Below are positions 47,387 to 56,890 of a stretch of DNA of 64,000 nt, piece by piece; positions within the stretch are counted from its first letter, which is position 1, and each line of letters opens with the position of its first letter. Below the pieces are notes generated by a model. It saw only the letters and a program-made list of their open reading frames with translations, ran no database searches and was not told the origin of the DNA. Source of the stretch: a virus; the IMG/VR virus record IMGVR_UViG_3300047157_000171. One strand, written 5' to 3'. The position numbers and the translations under genes were made by a program.

Positions 47387-48265
47387 ATGTTTAGTTATAT
47401 AGGTGGAAAAAGTAAGATTGGTAAATGGATTAAAGAATTCATACCTACAGATATGGAGACTTATGTGGAACCCTTTAGTGGTGCCTTTTGGGTTTACTAT
47501 AATTTAGATTTGGCGTTATACCCAAAATTAAAGACAGTAGTTTATAATGATTTTAATAAGGTAAATGCGAACTTATTTGCTTGTGTAAAGAAATATGAAG
47601 AGTTTTACGAGTTTATTAAAGACATTCCTGCTCAAGAGAAGGATAGGTTTGAAAGATACCAAAAAGGTGCGTTTGAGGACTTTGATTTTGACCCAGACAC
47701 ACCTAACTTTCAAAAAGGTTTGGAGTATATCTATGTTGTGACTCAAGTGTTCAGTGGGATTAGACCTGAAACATCTAACTTCATTGATTTAAAGGGTAAA
47801 TACAATTCTAAATTCAACTCATTTAGAAACAAACTAAATAACCCTAAGTTCTATAAACATTTCCAAATGATAACGCACGTTAAGAATGAGGATTTTGAAG
47901 ATATCATTAATGAGTTTGATTCACCAACCACATATTTTTATTTAGACCCACCATATTGGAAAACTGAGGATTATTATTCTAACCAAGACTTTGATGTCAC
48001 GGACCACAAAAGACTTTCAGAAGTTTTAGGTAAGATTGAGGGTAAATATAGTCTATCTTACTACGATTTTGAGTTATTGAAAGAATACTACCCAAAAGAC
48101 ACCCATAGATGGACGAGTAAAGATTACGCAAAGGCGGCAGGTGCGGTATCAGGTAAAAAACAGACAAAGGCAAGTGAGTTATTGATTATGAATTATAATG
48201 ATACAACGTGGCAAGATGTAATTTTAGAAAAAGAAAATATTACAGACGATACATTTGGAAAATAA
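47387..48265 (+). CDS. Dam-like (D12 class) N6-adenine DNA methyltransferase
   Basis: YIGGKSK, YVEPFSG, YNDFN, YLDPPY, ELLIMNY. Confidence 0.9.
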   Translation: MFSYIGGKSKIGKWIKEFIPTDMETYVEPFSGAFWVYYNLDLALYPKLKTVVYNDFNKVNANLFACVKKYEEFYEFIKDIPAQEKDRFERYQKGAFEDFDFDPDTPNFQKGLEYIYVVTQVFSGIRPETSNFIDLKGKYNSKFNSFRNKLNNPKFYKHFQMITHVKNEDFEDIINEFDSPTTYFYLDPPYWKTEDYYSNQDFDVTDHKRLSEVLGKIEGKYSLSYYDFELLKEYYPKDTHRWTSKDYAKAAGAVSGKKQTKASELLIMNYNDTTWQDVILEKENITDDTFGK

Positions 48266-48284
48266 CGATTTTTATGTATCTTTG
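48254..48284 (+). promoter_or_regulatory. Bacteroidota housekeeping-sigma promoter
   Basis: TTTG-N19-TATCTTTG. Confidence 0.7.
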
Positions 48285-48321
48285 TACTTCATTAGAACAT
48301 TTAATAATAACAATTTAAGTC

Positions 48322-48450
48322 ATGGCAGCAAACACCAACACATTTAAAAAGGCTAAGAAAAAAAGACCAGGAGTTCATTCGAAGAATAACAATTCTGCGA
48401 GTAAAAACTCACCAAACTACAAGAAAAAGTATAGAGGTCAAGGAAGATAG
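48322..48450 (+). CDS. Very basic 42-aa peptide (not in the ORF track)
   Basis: MAANTNTFKKAKKKRPGVHSKNNNSASKNSPNYKKKYRGQGR; own promoter and terminator. Confidence 0.75.
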   Translation: MAANTNTFKKAKKKRPGVHSKNNNSASKNSPNYKKKYRGQGR

Positions 48451-48453
48451 TCT

Positions 48454-48492
48454 AAAAAAATATCCCTCTAATTAATTTAGGGGGATATTTTT
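48454..48492. terminator. Stem-loop terminator
   Basis: aaaaaaatatccctctaa-ttaat-ttagggggatatttttg. Confidence 0.75.
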
Positions 48493-48527
48493 GTTAAAAA
48501 CAGATATTTATTAATAAACGTATTAGT

Positions 48528-49979
48528 ATGAATTTTGAAAAATTAATCAGAGAAATGCTTTTAGAAGATGCTCGTTTAGAGCACCTATTAAAAACACATG
48601 CTCACAAAGATATAGTAAAGGTTAATAAGGAGACAGGAAAGAGAAAGGTTAAGAAGGCTCCTCTTACTTCAGACCAAATGATGATTATGGTTGGTAACGA
48701 CCCTACATCAAGAATTGATGGTTTAGATTTAACACAACTACACGATGACGAAACATTGAAGAATATTTCTCCTGATTCTGTTAAGAAAACAGGTGAATAC
48801 ACTCAATGGATGGTCAAACAATATAAAATGTTACCACAGATGACTGAGATTCCTTATGGTGAATCAGGATACTCTGATGAGTTATCAGAAAAACAAAGAT
48901 TATTTTTCGAAGATTTATATAAGACTAAAGAGGATTTAATAAAGTTCCATAGATTTAAAACTACGGATAAGATTGAAGAGGCCGATATTAACAAGTACTC
49001 AATTAAAGAGTTGGAAGATATTGTGGCACCATTATCATTAGAGATGGCGACAAGTACTAAGGCTGAGAGAAAATCGTCTATGTTACACCCAGGTGCTGAA
49101 TTTATGGTAGAAACCGATAAGTGGTATGTGGTTAAAATACATCGTAATGATGAATTAGGAAAAGAAGCTGCCGTGTTCTATGGAGGTTCACAAAAACGTC
49201 CTTCTGAGGGGGAAACTAATTGGTGTACATCTGCTCCTGGTATGAATTATTATTTCACTTACTTAAAAACAGGTCCTTACTACGTTTTCTTAGATAAAAC
49301 AGACACAAAGACAGGTAATGTATCGGGATTACCGACTCATAGATACCAATTCCATTTTGAGTCTAATCAGTTTATGGATGTTAATGATAGACAGATTGAC
49401 TTAGTTAAGTTCTTTAATGATAGTCCTGATTTAAAAGAAGAGTTTAAATCGGTTATTACCTCACACTTCAGTAAATCAAATAAAGGTGGTACTAAGTCAA
49501 AAACAGTTGAGGTAAATTACCCTTCTGATGGTATATCTAAATTAATTGGGTTATACGGTTTTGAGGATTTCTTCAACGGATTACCATCTGATTTAGAGAG
49601 TTTTGAATTTGAGTACTCAAACTCAGGATATGGTAGTCAAAAAGATATTGAACCACCTAAATTAGCGGTACCTGATAGTATTGGTAGGTTTAATCAGTTA
49701 AAGGTTTTATTCTTCGATAACTGTATCATTTCAATACCTGAGAGTATTTCCAAAGTACCTTTAAATATTTTATCAATACCAAACAACAAAGGTGTTAAGT
49801 TACCTGACTCGTTGGCTGATATGATAAGTAATGGAACCTTAAATATTTTAGGGTTGTCAGGTACTGGGTATACAATGGAAACTTTACCACCAAAAATTGC
49901 TAAAGCGATTAACGATAGAAACAATGAACAGGATGAGAATCCAAGTGAAGATACTGCGTTCTTAGTGATATTAGATTAG
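48528..49979 (+). CDS. Hypothetical protein with a WCTS-motif domain and C-terminal LRR-like repeats
   Basis: GETNWCTSAPG...RYQFHFESNQFMD; VPDSIGRFNQLKVL, IPESISKVPLNILSI, LPDSL. Confidence 0.6.
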   Translation: MNFEKLIREMLLEDARLEHLLKTHAHKDIVKVNKETGKRKVKKAPLTSDQMMIMVGNDPTSRIDGLDLTQLHDDETLKNISPDSVKKTGEYTQWMVKQYKMLPQMTEIPYGESGYSDELSEKQRLFFEDLYKTKEDLIKFHRFKTTDKIEEADINKYSIKELEDIVAPLSLEMATSTKAERKSSMLHPGAEFMVETDKWYVVKIHRNDELGKEAAVFYGGSQKRPSEGETNWCTSAPGMNYYFTYLKTGPYYVFLDKTDTKTGNVSGLPTHRYQFHFESNQFMDVNDRQIDLVKFFNDSPDLKEEFKSVITSHFSKSNKGGTKSKTVEVNYPSDGISKLIGLYGFEDFFNGLPSDLESFEFEYSNSGYGSQKDIEPPKLAVPDSIGRFNQLKVLFFDNCIISIPESISKVPLNILSIPNNKGVKLPDSLADMISNGTLNILGLSGTGYTMETLPPKIAKAINDRNNEQDENPSEDTAFLVILD

Positions 49980-49983
49980 TGAT

Positions 49984-50256
49984 TTGATGGATAATGAGGT
50001 TATTATTTACGTTAAAAACTTAAAGAAGTATTTAGTTAATTCCGCTAAGGCTCGAGAATTATTTCTTACTAACGACATTGACATCGATGATTTTATAAAT
50101 GAGGTTGTTAAAGTTGCTAGGAATAATGTTAAGGAAGGTAAAGACCCACAACTAACACAAAAACAGTACGAAGAAGTACGTTTTAAACTAACAGACAAAG
50201 AATCCGACATTCCGATGATGGAGATAAAAGGGTTCCCACCATTTTTTTTAAATTAG
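49984..50256 (+). CDS. Hypothetical protein
   Basis: 90 aa. Confidence 0.6.
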   Translation: MMDNEVIIYVKNLKKYLVNSAKARELFLTNDIDIDDFINEVVKVARNNVKEGKDPQLTQKQYEEVRFKLTDKESDIPMMEIKGFPPFFLN

Positions 50257-50301
50257 TATTGTTTATTAATCAGTTTTTCTTATATTTCTAAAAAAGATTT
50301 A

Positions 50302-51708
50302 ATGAAAAACAGGTTAACTTTAGTAACGGTTGCGACTCATAAGACGCATGAGTTAGATAGGTTTATTGAGTCCGCTAATTATCACGGATATGACTATGTT
50401 ATATTAGGATTAGGGATGGAATGGACCGGTGGTGTTGCCGATAATGGTCGGTTAGTATTCCCCGGTGGAGGAATGAAAGTGAATCTTCTAAAAGATTATT
50501 TATCCACATATGTGGGGTCGAATAGTGATGTTATACTTTTTACAGATTCTTACGATGTTGTATTCAACGAAAAACCCGATGAGTTATTAAGTAGATGGAA
50601 CGGTAATGTATTATTTACTGCGGAAAAAACTTGTTGGCCTGACAGGGATTTGGAAGAAGAATATCCAAACTCACCTTATGGTTATAAATATTTAAATAGT
50701 GGTGGTTTTATTGCTACAGTTGGTGACCTAATTAATCTAACGGAGACTAAGTGTATGGACCACGACGATGACCAACTATATTACACACTAAAGTTTTTAA
50801 ATGGTGATAAGATTAATTTGGATTATAATTTAGATATATTTCAAACTCTTAATCAGTCTATTGACGATGTTGAAATACATAATGGTAGAGTATATAATAA
50901 AGTGACTAAAACGTATCCTATTGTTATTCACGCTAATGGAGGTGTTGGTCCAAGAACTTATTTAAACAAATTATATAACGATATGAGACAACCAGACCCT
51001 AAGTTAAAACAGTTAAATGGTGATGAAAGAGTGTGTTTACAAATGTTATTTGATAAGAAACATACGAATCCATCAATTATGGTTGAAAGTCTTTCTTACT
51101 TAACCTATGATAAAAGATTGATTGATTTATCGTTTTATAATAATGACAAAGAAAATCAATGGGCGATTGAGAACTACATTAAAAATAATGGAGATAAATA
51201 CAACTCAATCACACAGGTTTATGATGAAAGTAAAGGGGTTTATGAGTTAAGAGAAATGTCGTTTAAGGAGTCTACAGGATATGATGGTGATTATGTATTA
51301 CATAACGATTCATCATTTATTATAAAAAACAAGGATACAATTCAGTTATTAATGTCTGAGGGTAAGGATATAATCTCACCGATGATTAATACTGAACAAA
51401 CGTTTAACTCTAATTTTTGGGGTGGTGTTTCAGACGATGGGTATTATTTAGAAAGTTATGACTATCACGATATTAGAACGTACAATAAAAAAGGAACTTT
51501 TGTTGTTCCATTTATTAGTGGTGTGATAATGTTCAGTAAAGAAATCTTAAAGACTGATTTATTTTCAACTATGTTTAGTGATTTAGATAAAGAGATACTA
51601 AATTACTACAATGAGGACCATATGGTTGTGTTAGCTAATACTATCAGAGATAAGAATCTGTTTATGTATATAACCAATAAAAGATATTACGGAAAATTCT
51701 TTAATTAA
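50302..51708 (+). CDS. PLOD-type glycosyltransferase plus accessory domain (procollagen GT-like)
   Basis: LVTVAT, LGLGMEWTGG, GGGMKV, FTDSYDV, AEKTCWPD, YLNSGGFI, DDDQLYYT, IHANG, SNFWG. Confidence 0.88.
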   Translation: MKNRLTLVTVATHKTHELDRFIESANYHGYDYVILGLGMEWTGGVADNGRLVFPGGGMKVNLLKDYLSTYVGSNSDVILFTDSYDVVFNEKPDELLSRWNGNVLFTAEKTCWPDRDLEEEYPNSPYGYKYLNSGGFIATVGDLINLTETKCMDHDDDQLYYTLKFLNGDKINLDYNLDIFQTLNQSIDDVEIHNGRVYNKVTKTYPIVIHANGGVGPRTYLNKLYNDMRQPDPKLKQLNGDERVCLQMLFDKKHTNPSIMVESLSYLTYDKRLIDLSFYNNDKENQWAIENYIKNNGDKYNSITQVYDESKGVYELREMSFKESTGYDGDYVLHNDSSFIIKNKDTIQLLMSEGKDIISPMINTEQTFNSNFWGGVSDDGYYLESYDYHDIRTYNKKGTFVVPFISGVIMFSKEILKTDLFSTMFSDLDKEILNYYNEDHMVVLANTIRDKNLFMYITNKRYYGKFFN

Positions 51709-51709
51709 A

Positions 51710-51742
51710 TTTGGACTACAAAGAAAAAAAGGCTTATCTTTG
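51710..51742 (+). promoter_or_regulatory. Bacteroidota housekeeping-sigma promoter
   Basis: TTTG-N21-TATCTTTG. Confidence 0.7.
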
Positions 51743-51769
51743 TATTGAACAAAAAGAGAAATAGAAATT

Positions 51770-52579
51770 ATGGCAGACTTATTAAAATATCACAAATCGT
51801 TACCTTTAACAGAACAAGAAATCTTAGACAGAGCACCATCTGTTTTCGCAACAGAGGCTTCAGGTCACGTTTCAGAAAAATATACGTTTATTCCAACAAC
51901 TCAAGTTATTAAGGACATGGAGGAGTTAGGGTGGAAAGTATATTCGGCAGAACAAAGAACTGCGAGAACTAAGGTAAGAAATACACATACGAAACACTTA
52001 CTACGTTTTCGTAACGACAAAATTACCGAGGTGTTAGACTGTATCCCTGAGATTACACTAACCAATTCACACGATGGTCGAAACGCATTTCAATTCTATG
52101 TTGGTCTATACAGACCTGATGTTCAAAGTTCTTTCGTAATTCGTCATGAAACTCTAAATGGTTTACGTATCAAACACCAGTGGTACACATTAAATGAGGT
52201 AAGAGAGGTAACACAAAAGGTTATCAATCACTTACCAACCTTAATCGAACAAGTACAGTTACTTAACAATACCAATATTGGTAAGACAGAACAAAGAGAA
52301 TACGCAATGAGAGCCATGATGACACGTTGGGGAAAAGATTACCCTTCAATCCTACACAAAGTGGTTATGAACCCAATTAAAGGTGAAACAGTAACATTGT
52401 GGGATGCTTTCAACAACATACAAAACCATATATTAAACGGTGGTATTACTTACACATTAGCATCTAAACGACAACAAACTGTGAGAGCGATTACAAATGT
52501 CGACTTAAAAATTAAAATCAACGAAGAGTTGTGGGAAGTGACCCAAGGGTATGTCAAACTAAAACAAAAAGTATATTAA
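51770..52579 (+). CDS. DUF932/DUF945-like protein
   Basis: APSVFA...SEKYTFIPT; HLLRFR; LTNSHDG..AFQF; LWDAFN.IQ. Confidence 0.7.
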   Translation: MADLLKYHKSLPLTEQEILDRAPSVFATEASGHVSEKYTFIPTTQVIKDMEELGWKVYSAEQRTARTKVRNTHTKHLLRFRNDKITEVLDCIPEITLTNSHDGRNAFQFYVGLYRPDVQSSFVIRHETLNGLRIKHQWYTLNEVREVTQKVINHLPTLIEQVQLLNNTNIGKTEQREYAMRAMMTRWGKDYPSILHKVVMNPIKGETVTLWDAFNNIQNHILNGGITYTLASKRQQTVRAITNVDLKIKINEELWEVTQGYVKLKQKVY

Positions 52580-52580
52580 C

Positions 52581-52610
52581 AAAAAGGGACCTCGAGTCCC
52601 TTTTTTTATT
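52581..52610 (+). terminator. Rho-independent terminator
   Basis: aaaaagggac-ctcga-gtccc followed by a T run. Confidence 0.85.
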
Positions 52611-52635
52611 CGGTAAAAACTCTTATCTTTACTCC

Positions 52636-54294
52636 ATGGTTGAAAATCTGTATAAGAATATTTTTGATGAGCATAGGACTACGTATCACGAAGTATCTAA
52701 TGATGCGACTTTAATGCGTAATATAACTGACCATAAAACCAATGCGTCTAGAATGGATGGGTATAGTAATAAGAAGTTATATTATTTTACCGTGTCTAAA
52801 TATTCAGAAAATAAAGAAGATTTTATTGATGAATATGGTAATATGTTGTGTGACTTGGAGAATAATCGAAGGACTGTTGTTGTTGAAAAGGAAGGGGATA
52901 AGGTTAGGTTATCGTTTTACTATTACAAGAAATTCAGGAAGGTTGGTAAGTTGTATTTTGCTAAGATGTACGACCGACATTATCTAACCTATAATTTAAA
53001 GACTAATAATTTTTATATGACAAACGTTATGAAGTCGATAGGTTATAGAAGAAGTAAACGAATACGTTGTAACCCAACACATAATATTAGTCGAGTGGTT
53101 GAACATATTCATGATTTTAAGTTTACTAATGATGATTCAGAATATCTTAAAGTGTTTATGAGGACTTTAGACCCTGACACTAACTATGGTAAAGACAAGT
53201 ACTTAACATTTGAAGAGGCGTTCATAAGATTCTTTGTTAGTAGAAATGGTATCAAAGGTCCAAATCATATGACATCGTTAATATTGAGAAATTATCCAGG
53301 TAAGAAGTCCTTAAAAAAGAATGGGTATAATTTGATACATTCAATCTTAGATAATGTTGGGTTGAAAAGTAAGTACTTCATTAGTTTAATGAATAACTAT
53401 AAACCTGATTTAAGTTATTTGATTCAGTACGCTAACCTATTAGGGTTAAAATATGTTAAGAGTATTAATAAGGAGTTTTTTAAGAAAGAGAGGGCTCCGT
53501 ATGAGACCTTTGTTGATTTAAAGAAAAAGTATTACGAAGATACGGAACTTTATCCGATTTACCAAAACATTACCGATTATGATAGAAAAAACATCGTTAA
53601 GGTCATCAACGATTTTACAGTTACGAGTCCTGATACGCCAATAAACAATACACGGTCTATGAATATCACTGGTTTGATAAATGACCATATTAGGATTATG
53701 GATAACTTAAGAACGTTTGAGGAGGATATTAAATTTAGGGCTAAGACTTATTCAGAATTTGAGCAAGAACACGTTAACTATAGTGAGAAGTATTCATTAT
53801 ATAGAAATTCTGAGGAAATTTACTATCAATACGATGAAAAAATAATTAATAGCTTAAAGAATTCACAAAAAGGGTATGAGTACGTATTATTATCGAATGA
53901 TATGGACTATATAAATGAGTCTACACATCAAAATAATTGTGTTAGAACTTATATAGATAAGTTTGATTCTATAATCATTTCTGTCAGGCTTGGGGATAAA
54001 AGAATAACGACTGAATTCACATACAAAGGGGATTGTATTCAAAAGAGAGGGTCTTATAATAGTAAAGTTGACGAATCTTTTAATGAGGGTATTATGGAGT
54101 TGGAACGTATTATGAAAACTATTTATTTGGGTGGGGGGTTAAAACAACCAACTATCAAAATAAAGAATAAACTTAACGGAGACGAAAAACACTATACAAT
54201 CAAAGAGTTAAAAACTAATGGGTATAGACGTTCTAGAGGTAATGAAGGTTTTTTGGATTTTGTCGACGATGAATTAGATTTTATGTTAATATGA
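52636..54294 (+). CDS. PcfJ-like domain protein
   Basis: DHIRIM...ESTHQNNCVRTY...IISVR; start reassigned to ATG at 52636, after the terminator. Confidence 0.65.
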   Translation: MVENLYKNIFDEHRTTYHEVSNDATLMRNITDHKTNASRMDGYSNKKLYYFTVSKYSENKEDFIDEYGNMLCDLENNRRTVVVEKEGDKVRLSFYYYKKFRKVGKLYFAKMYDRHYLTYNLKTNNFYMTNVMKSIGYRRSKRIRCNPTHNISRVVEHIHDFKFTNDDSEYLKVFMRTLDPDTNYGKDKYLTFEEAFIRFFVSRNGIKGPNHMTSLILRNYPGKKSLKKNGYNLIHSILDNVGLKSKYFISLMNNYKPDLSYLIQYANLLGLKYVKSINKEFFKKERAPYETFVDLKKKYYEDTELYPIYQNITDYDRKNIVKVINDFTVTSPDTPINNTRSMNITGLINDHIRIMDNLRTFEEDIKFRAKTYSEFEQEHVNYSEKYSLYRNSEEIYYQYDEKIINSLKNSQKGYEYVLLSNDMDYINESTHQNNCVRTYIDKFDSIIISVRLGDKRITTEFTYKGDCIQKRGSYNSKVDESFNEGIMELERIMKTIYLGGGLKQPTIKIKNKLNGDEKHYTIKELKTNGYRRSRGNEGFLDFVDDELDFMLI

Positions 54295-54884
54295 AAAAAA
54301 CAATGACAATGATTTTATGTATATGTTTTGTCACGGCATTTACATTAAGAGAACAACAACAATATGAGGACGTAACGATAACTACAGACATATATACGGT
54401 ATTATACTCTCAAGAATATGAACAACCACTTAAGTTAGATTATATAGTACAATGTCCTGGTGACGGGGTTAGTAGAAAAGGATTAGATTTCTACGGAGTT
54501 GATAGCGTGAAGACTTCAAACAATAATGATTATCGTAATAATGTTTGGGATAAAGGTCATTTAGCACCAGCAGCTGATTTTAATTGTAGTCGAGAGATGT
54601 TAAAGAAGACATTCTCGTATTTGAATTGTGCACTACAACATGAAGGTCTTAATAGAGGGCCGTGGAGATTCTTGGAAGAATATGAAAGAGAGTTAGCGTT
54701 AGAAAATGACACGGTTAAAGTTTCTGTGATAGTGCATTTCGATAACGATACTGTATTACCAACAGGCGCTAAGATACCATCAGATTTTACTAAGATAATT
54801 ATAGTCAATAATGACACCCTAACATACAAATTCCCAAACAAAAATGTTAGAGGTAAAAAATGGGAAGAATTTCAGGTTAAATAA
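54291..54884 (+). CDS. DNA/RNA non-specific endonuclease (NucA-like) with a signal peptide
   Basis: WDKGHLAPA, TFSYLN, LNRGPW..LE, IPSDFTK; hydrophobic N-terminus. Confidence 0.88.
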   Translation: MKKTMTMILCICFVTAFTLREQQQYEDVTITTDIYTVLYSQEYEQPLKLDYIVQCPGDGVSRKGLDFYGVDSVKTSNNNDYRNNVWDKGHLAPAADFNCSREMLKKTFSYLNCALQHEGLNRGPWRFLEEYERELALENDTVKVSVIVHFDNDTVLPTGAKIPSDFTKIIIVNNDTLTYKFPNKNVRGKKWEEFQVK

Positions 54885-54929
54885 TTTACAACCTTAATAT
54901 TATAAGGTATTATTATAAAAACAAAAATT

Positions 54930-55250
54930 ATGAAAAAAGTATCATACAGTGAATTTAAAGAGTTACAATCTGGTAACAATAGAATATTCGTAGATTTCTA
55001 CGCCGATTGGTGTGGACCATGTAAAATGATGTTACCTGTGTTAGAAAAGGTGTCTGATGAAATGTCTGAGTCAGGTGTAACCTTTGTTAAGGTTAACGCT
55101 GATGAAGAAAGAGAGTTATCTGCGGAATTTGGTGTTAGAGGAATTCCAACATTTGTTATGATTGACGAAGGTGAGGTTAAAAATAGATTCTCAGGTGTTA
55201 AGGGCAAAGCGGAATTAACCGAAAGTATTAAAGAAACATTCAATGTCTAA
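54930..55250 (+). CDS. trxA: Thioredoxin
   Basis: FYADWCGPCK, VRGIPT. Confidence 0.93.
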   Translation: MKKVSYSEFKELQSGNNRIFVDFYADWCGPCKMMLPVLEKVSDEMSESGVTFVKVNADEERELSAEFGVRGIPTFVMIDEGEVKNRFSGVKGKAELTESIKETFNV

Positions 55251-55518
55251 AGACGTATTCCTATACACAATGGACGGTTGTCCTTACTGTCAAGAGGTTA
55301 AAACATTATTGGATAATGATAATGTTAAATACACTGAGAGAGATTGTGATGAATATGAAATGCAGTATGAGATATTAAAGTCGAATACTGATAATAATGA
55401 GTTTGTTCCGGCTTTTGAAATCAGGGATAATGAAAAAATGTCTAAACGTTTTTTAGTTCCTGATAGAGATTTTGAGGAATTAGAACACGCGGTACATTTG
55501 ATTAAAAAATATATTTAA
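55243..55518 (+). CDS. Glutaredoxin/NrdH-like protein
   Basis: CPYC, FVP. Confidence 0.85.
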   Translation: MSKDVFLYTMDGCPYCQEVKTLLDNDNVKYTERDCDEYEMQYEILKSNTDNNEFVPAFEIRDNEKMSKRFLVPDRDFEELEHAVHLIKKYI

Positions 55519-56051
55519 TGATAGTAGAAACAAAAGTTGGGTTGGAGTATAAGGTACCTAAAGGACCGAGATTAAAATCAAGAAGAGAGTTTCAGTTAGA
55601 TGATGGGTTAGTAATAGCAACTTTTGATGGTGACTTAAGTGATTTAGATTTTATGGTAAAATACTTAGACCCTAATGTTTCTAAGAGTTTAAGAACCCCG
55701 TCTTATTGTATGATTGGTGTGGACTTATTATTGAAGGCTCAACAGAATAAAGGGTTAACTAAGGATTTTATTATTGAGTTTATTCAATTATGGGACAACT
55801 TAGTTCCACCATCAGATATTGAAGCTAGAGATAGTTACGTATTTAACTTTGATAATGTGTTAGGTGATTATTCCGAATTAAACTTCTATGGTGAAATGTC
55901 AGTTGAGATGTTATCAACAGTCATTAATTTGTATGTGTTAAATGAGAAGTCTAAGTTAAAAGGTAAGAAGTTTAGGACCCTTTTAGAGAGTATCGTTAAA
56001 TATTGTGATAACAATATGGACTACTTCACACTAATTTCTAAGATAAAGTAG
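55518..56051 (+). CDS. Hypothetical protein
   Basis: 177 aa, TAATG-coupled. Confidence 0.6.
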   Translation: MIVETKVGLEYKVPKGPRLKSRREFQLDDGLVIATFDGDLSDLDFMVKYLDPNVSKSLRTPSYCMIGVDLLLKAQQNKGLTKDFIIEFIQLWDNLVPPSDIEARDSYVFNFDNVLGDYSELNFYGEMSVEMLSTVINLYVLNEKSKLKGKKFRTLLESIVKYCDNNMDYFTLISKIK

Positions 56052-56075
56052 TATTTATAGTTAATACTATCTACT

Positions 56076-56888
56076 ATGGAAAAAAAATACGAGATTAAAG
56101 TTAGAGACAAAGGTTTTAGCGTGTTACGTACTAATGACGTGATAGGGTTTAAAACGTATACGGTTGTTAATGAGAATGACAGTAACTACTATACCGTATC
56201 AGTTGCTAATAACGCAACCTTAAAAGAATCTAATAATGATGAGGTTTTTTATGTCATTAAGGAGAAAGGTAAAAGAGTTATTAGAGAAAATATAAACACA
56301 ATCTTTCCAACTACAATTGTAAATTACTTTCTATCGAATTTAAATGAAAATGAAGAGTATGTGGGGGAAGGTAATTCAGAAGAGGTTTTAGATTACCTTT
56401 ATGATACTTTCAATAGGTTAAGTTATCGAGTAAGACATGTAATATATTACGATAATATAGAAGACTCTTTAGATTATGAATTTTTATTAATAATTGGAGG
56501 TGATTTGGATACTATATATCTTTCAGTTAAGGAAAACGGTGATATTTTTGTTGTTGACAATGACGAAGTTCATTTGTTAGGTGATACAGGTTCTCCTGAG
56601 TATTTTGAAAAGTCTTTATCTACTTACTTAAGTGGTATGGAACATTTTACTGCGATGGTTAATGAGGATATGGATGATGAGGTCATCATTGAGTCATTTA
56701 ATCAAACACACGGTATTGTAATAGAAAATAGAATTGCTCAAATATACAATAAGAATACTTCAAAATCTTGTGGTTATATTGATAGACGTAATGGTGTTTA
56801 TAAATTAACAGAAGATGTTAAATTATATGGGGTTGATAGGTTAAAATCTATTGTTGAAAACTACGAAGTAAAACAATTACTTAAATAG
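56076..56888 (+). CDS. Hypothetical protein
   Basis: 270 aa; TATTTATA upstream. Confidence 0.6.
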   Translation: MEKKYEIKVRDKGFSVLRTNDVIGFKTYTVVNENDSNYYTVSVANNATLKESNNDEVFYVIKEKGKRVIRENINTIFPTTIVNYFLSNLNENEEYVGEGNSEEVLDYLYDTFNRLSYRVRHVIYYDNIEDSLDYEFLLIIGGDLDTIYLSVKENGDIFVVDNDEVHLLGDTGSPEYFEKSLSTYLSGMEHFTAMVNEDMDDEVIIESFNQTHGIVIENRIAQIYNKNTSKSCGYIDRRNGVYKLTEDVKLYGVDRLKSIVENYEVKQLLK

Positions 56889-56890
56889 TA

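Noticed and set aside
52531-52635. Upstream GTG start for the PcfJ-like gene (similarly 24593 and 25353)
   Set aside because: The extension crosses a terminator or overlaps the upstream gene; downstream ATGs fit better
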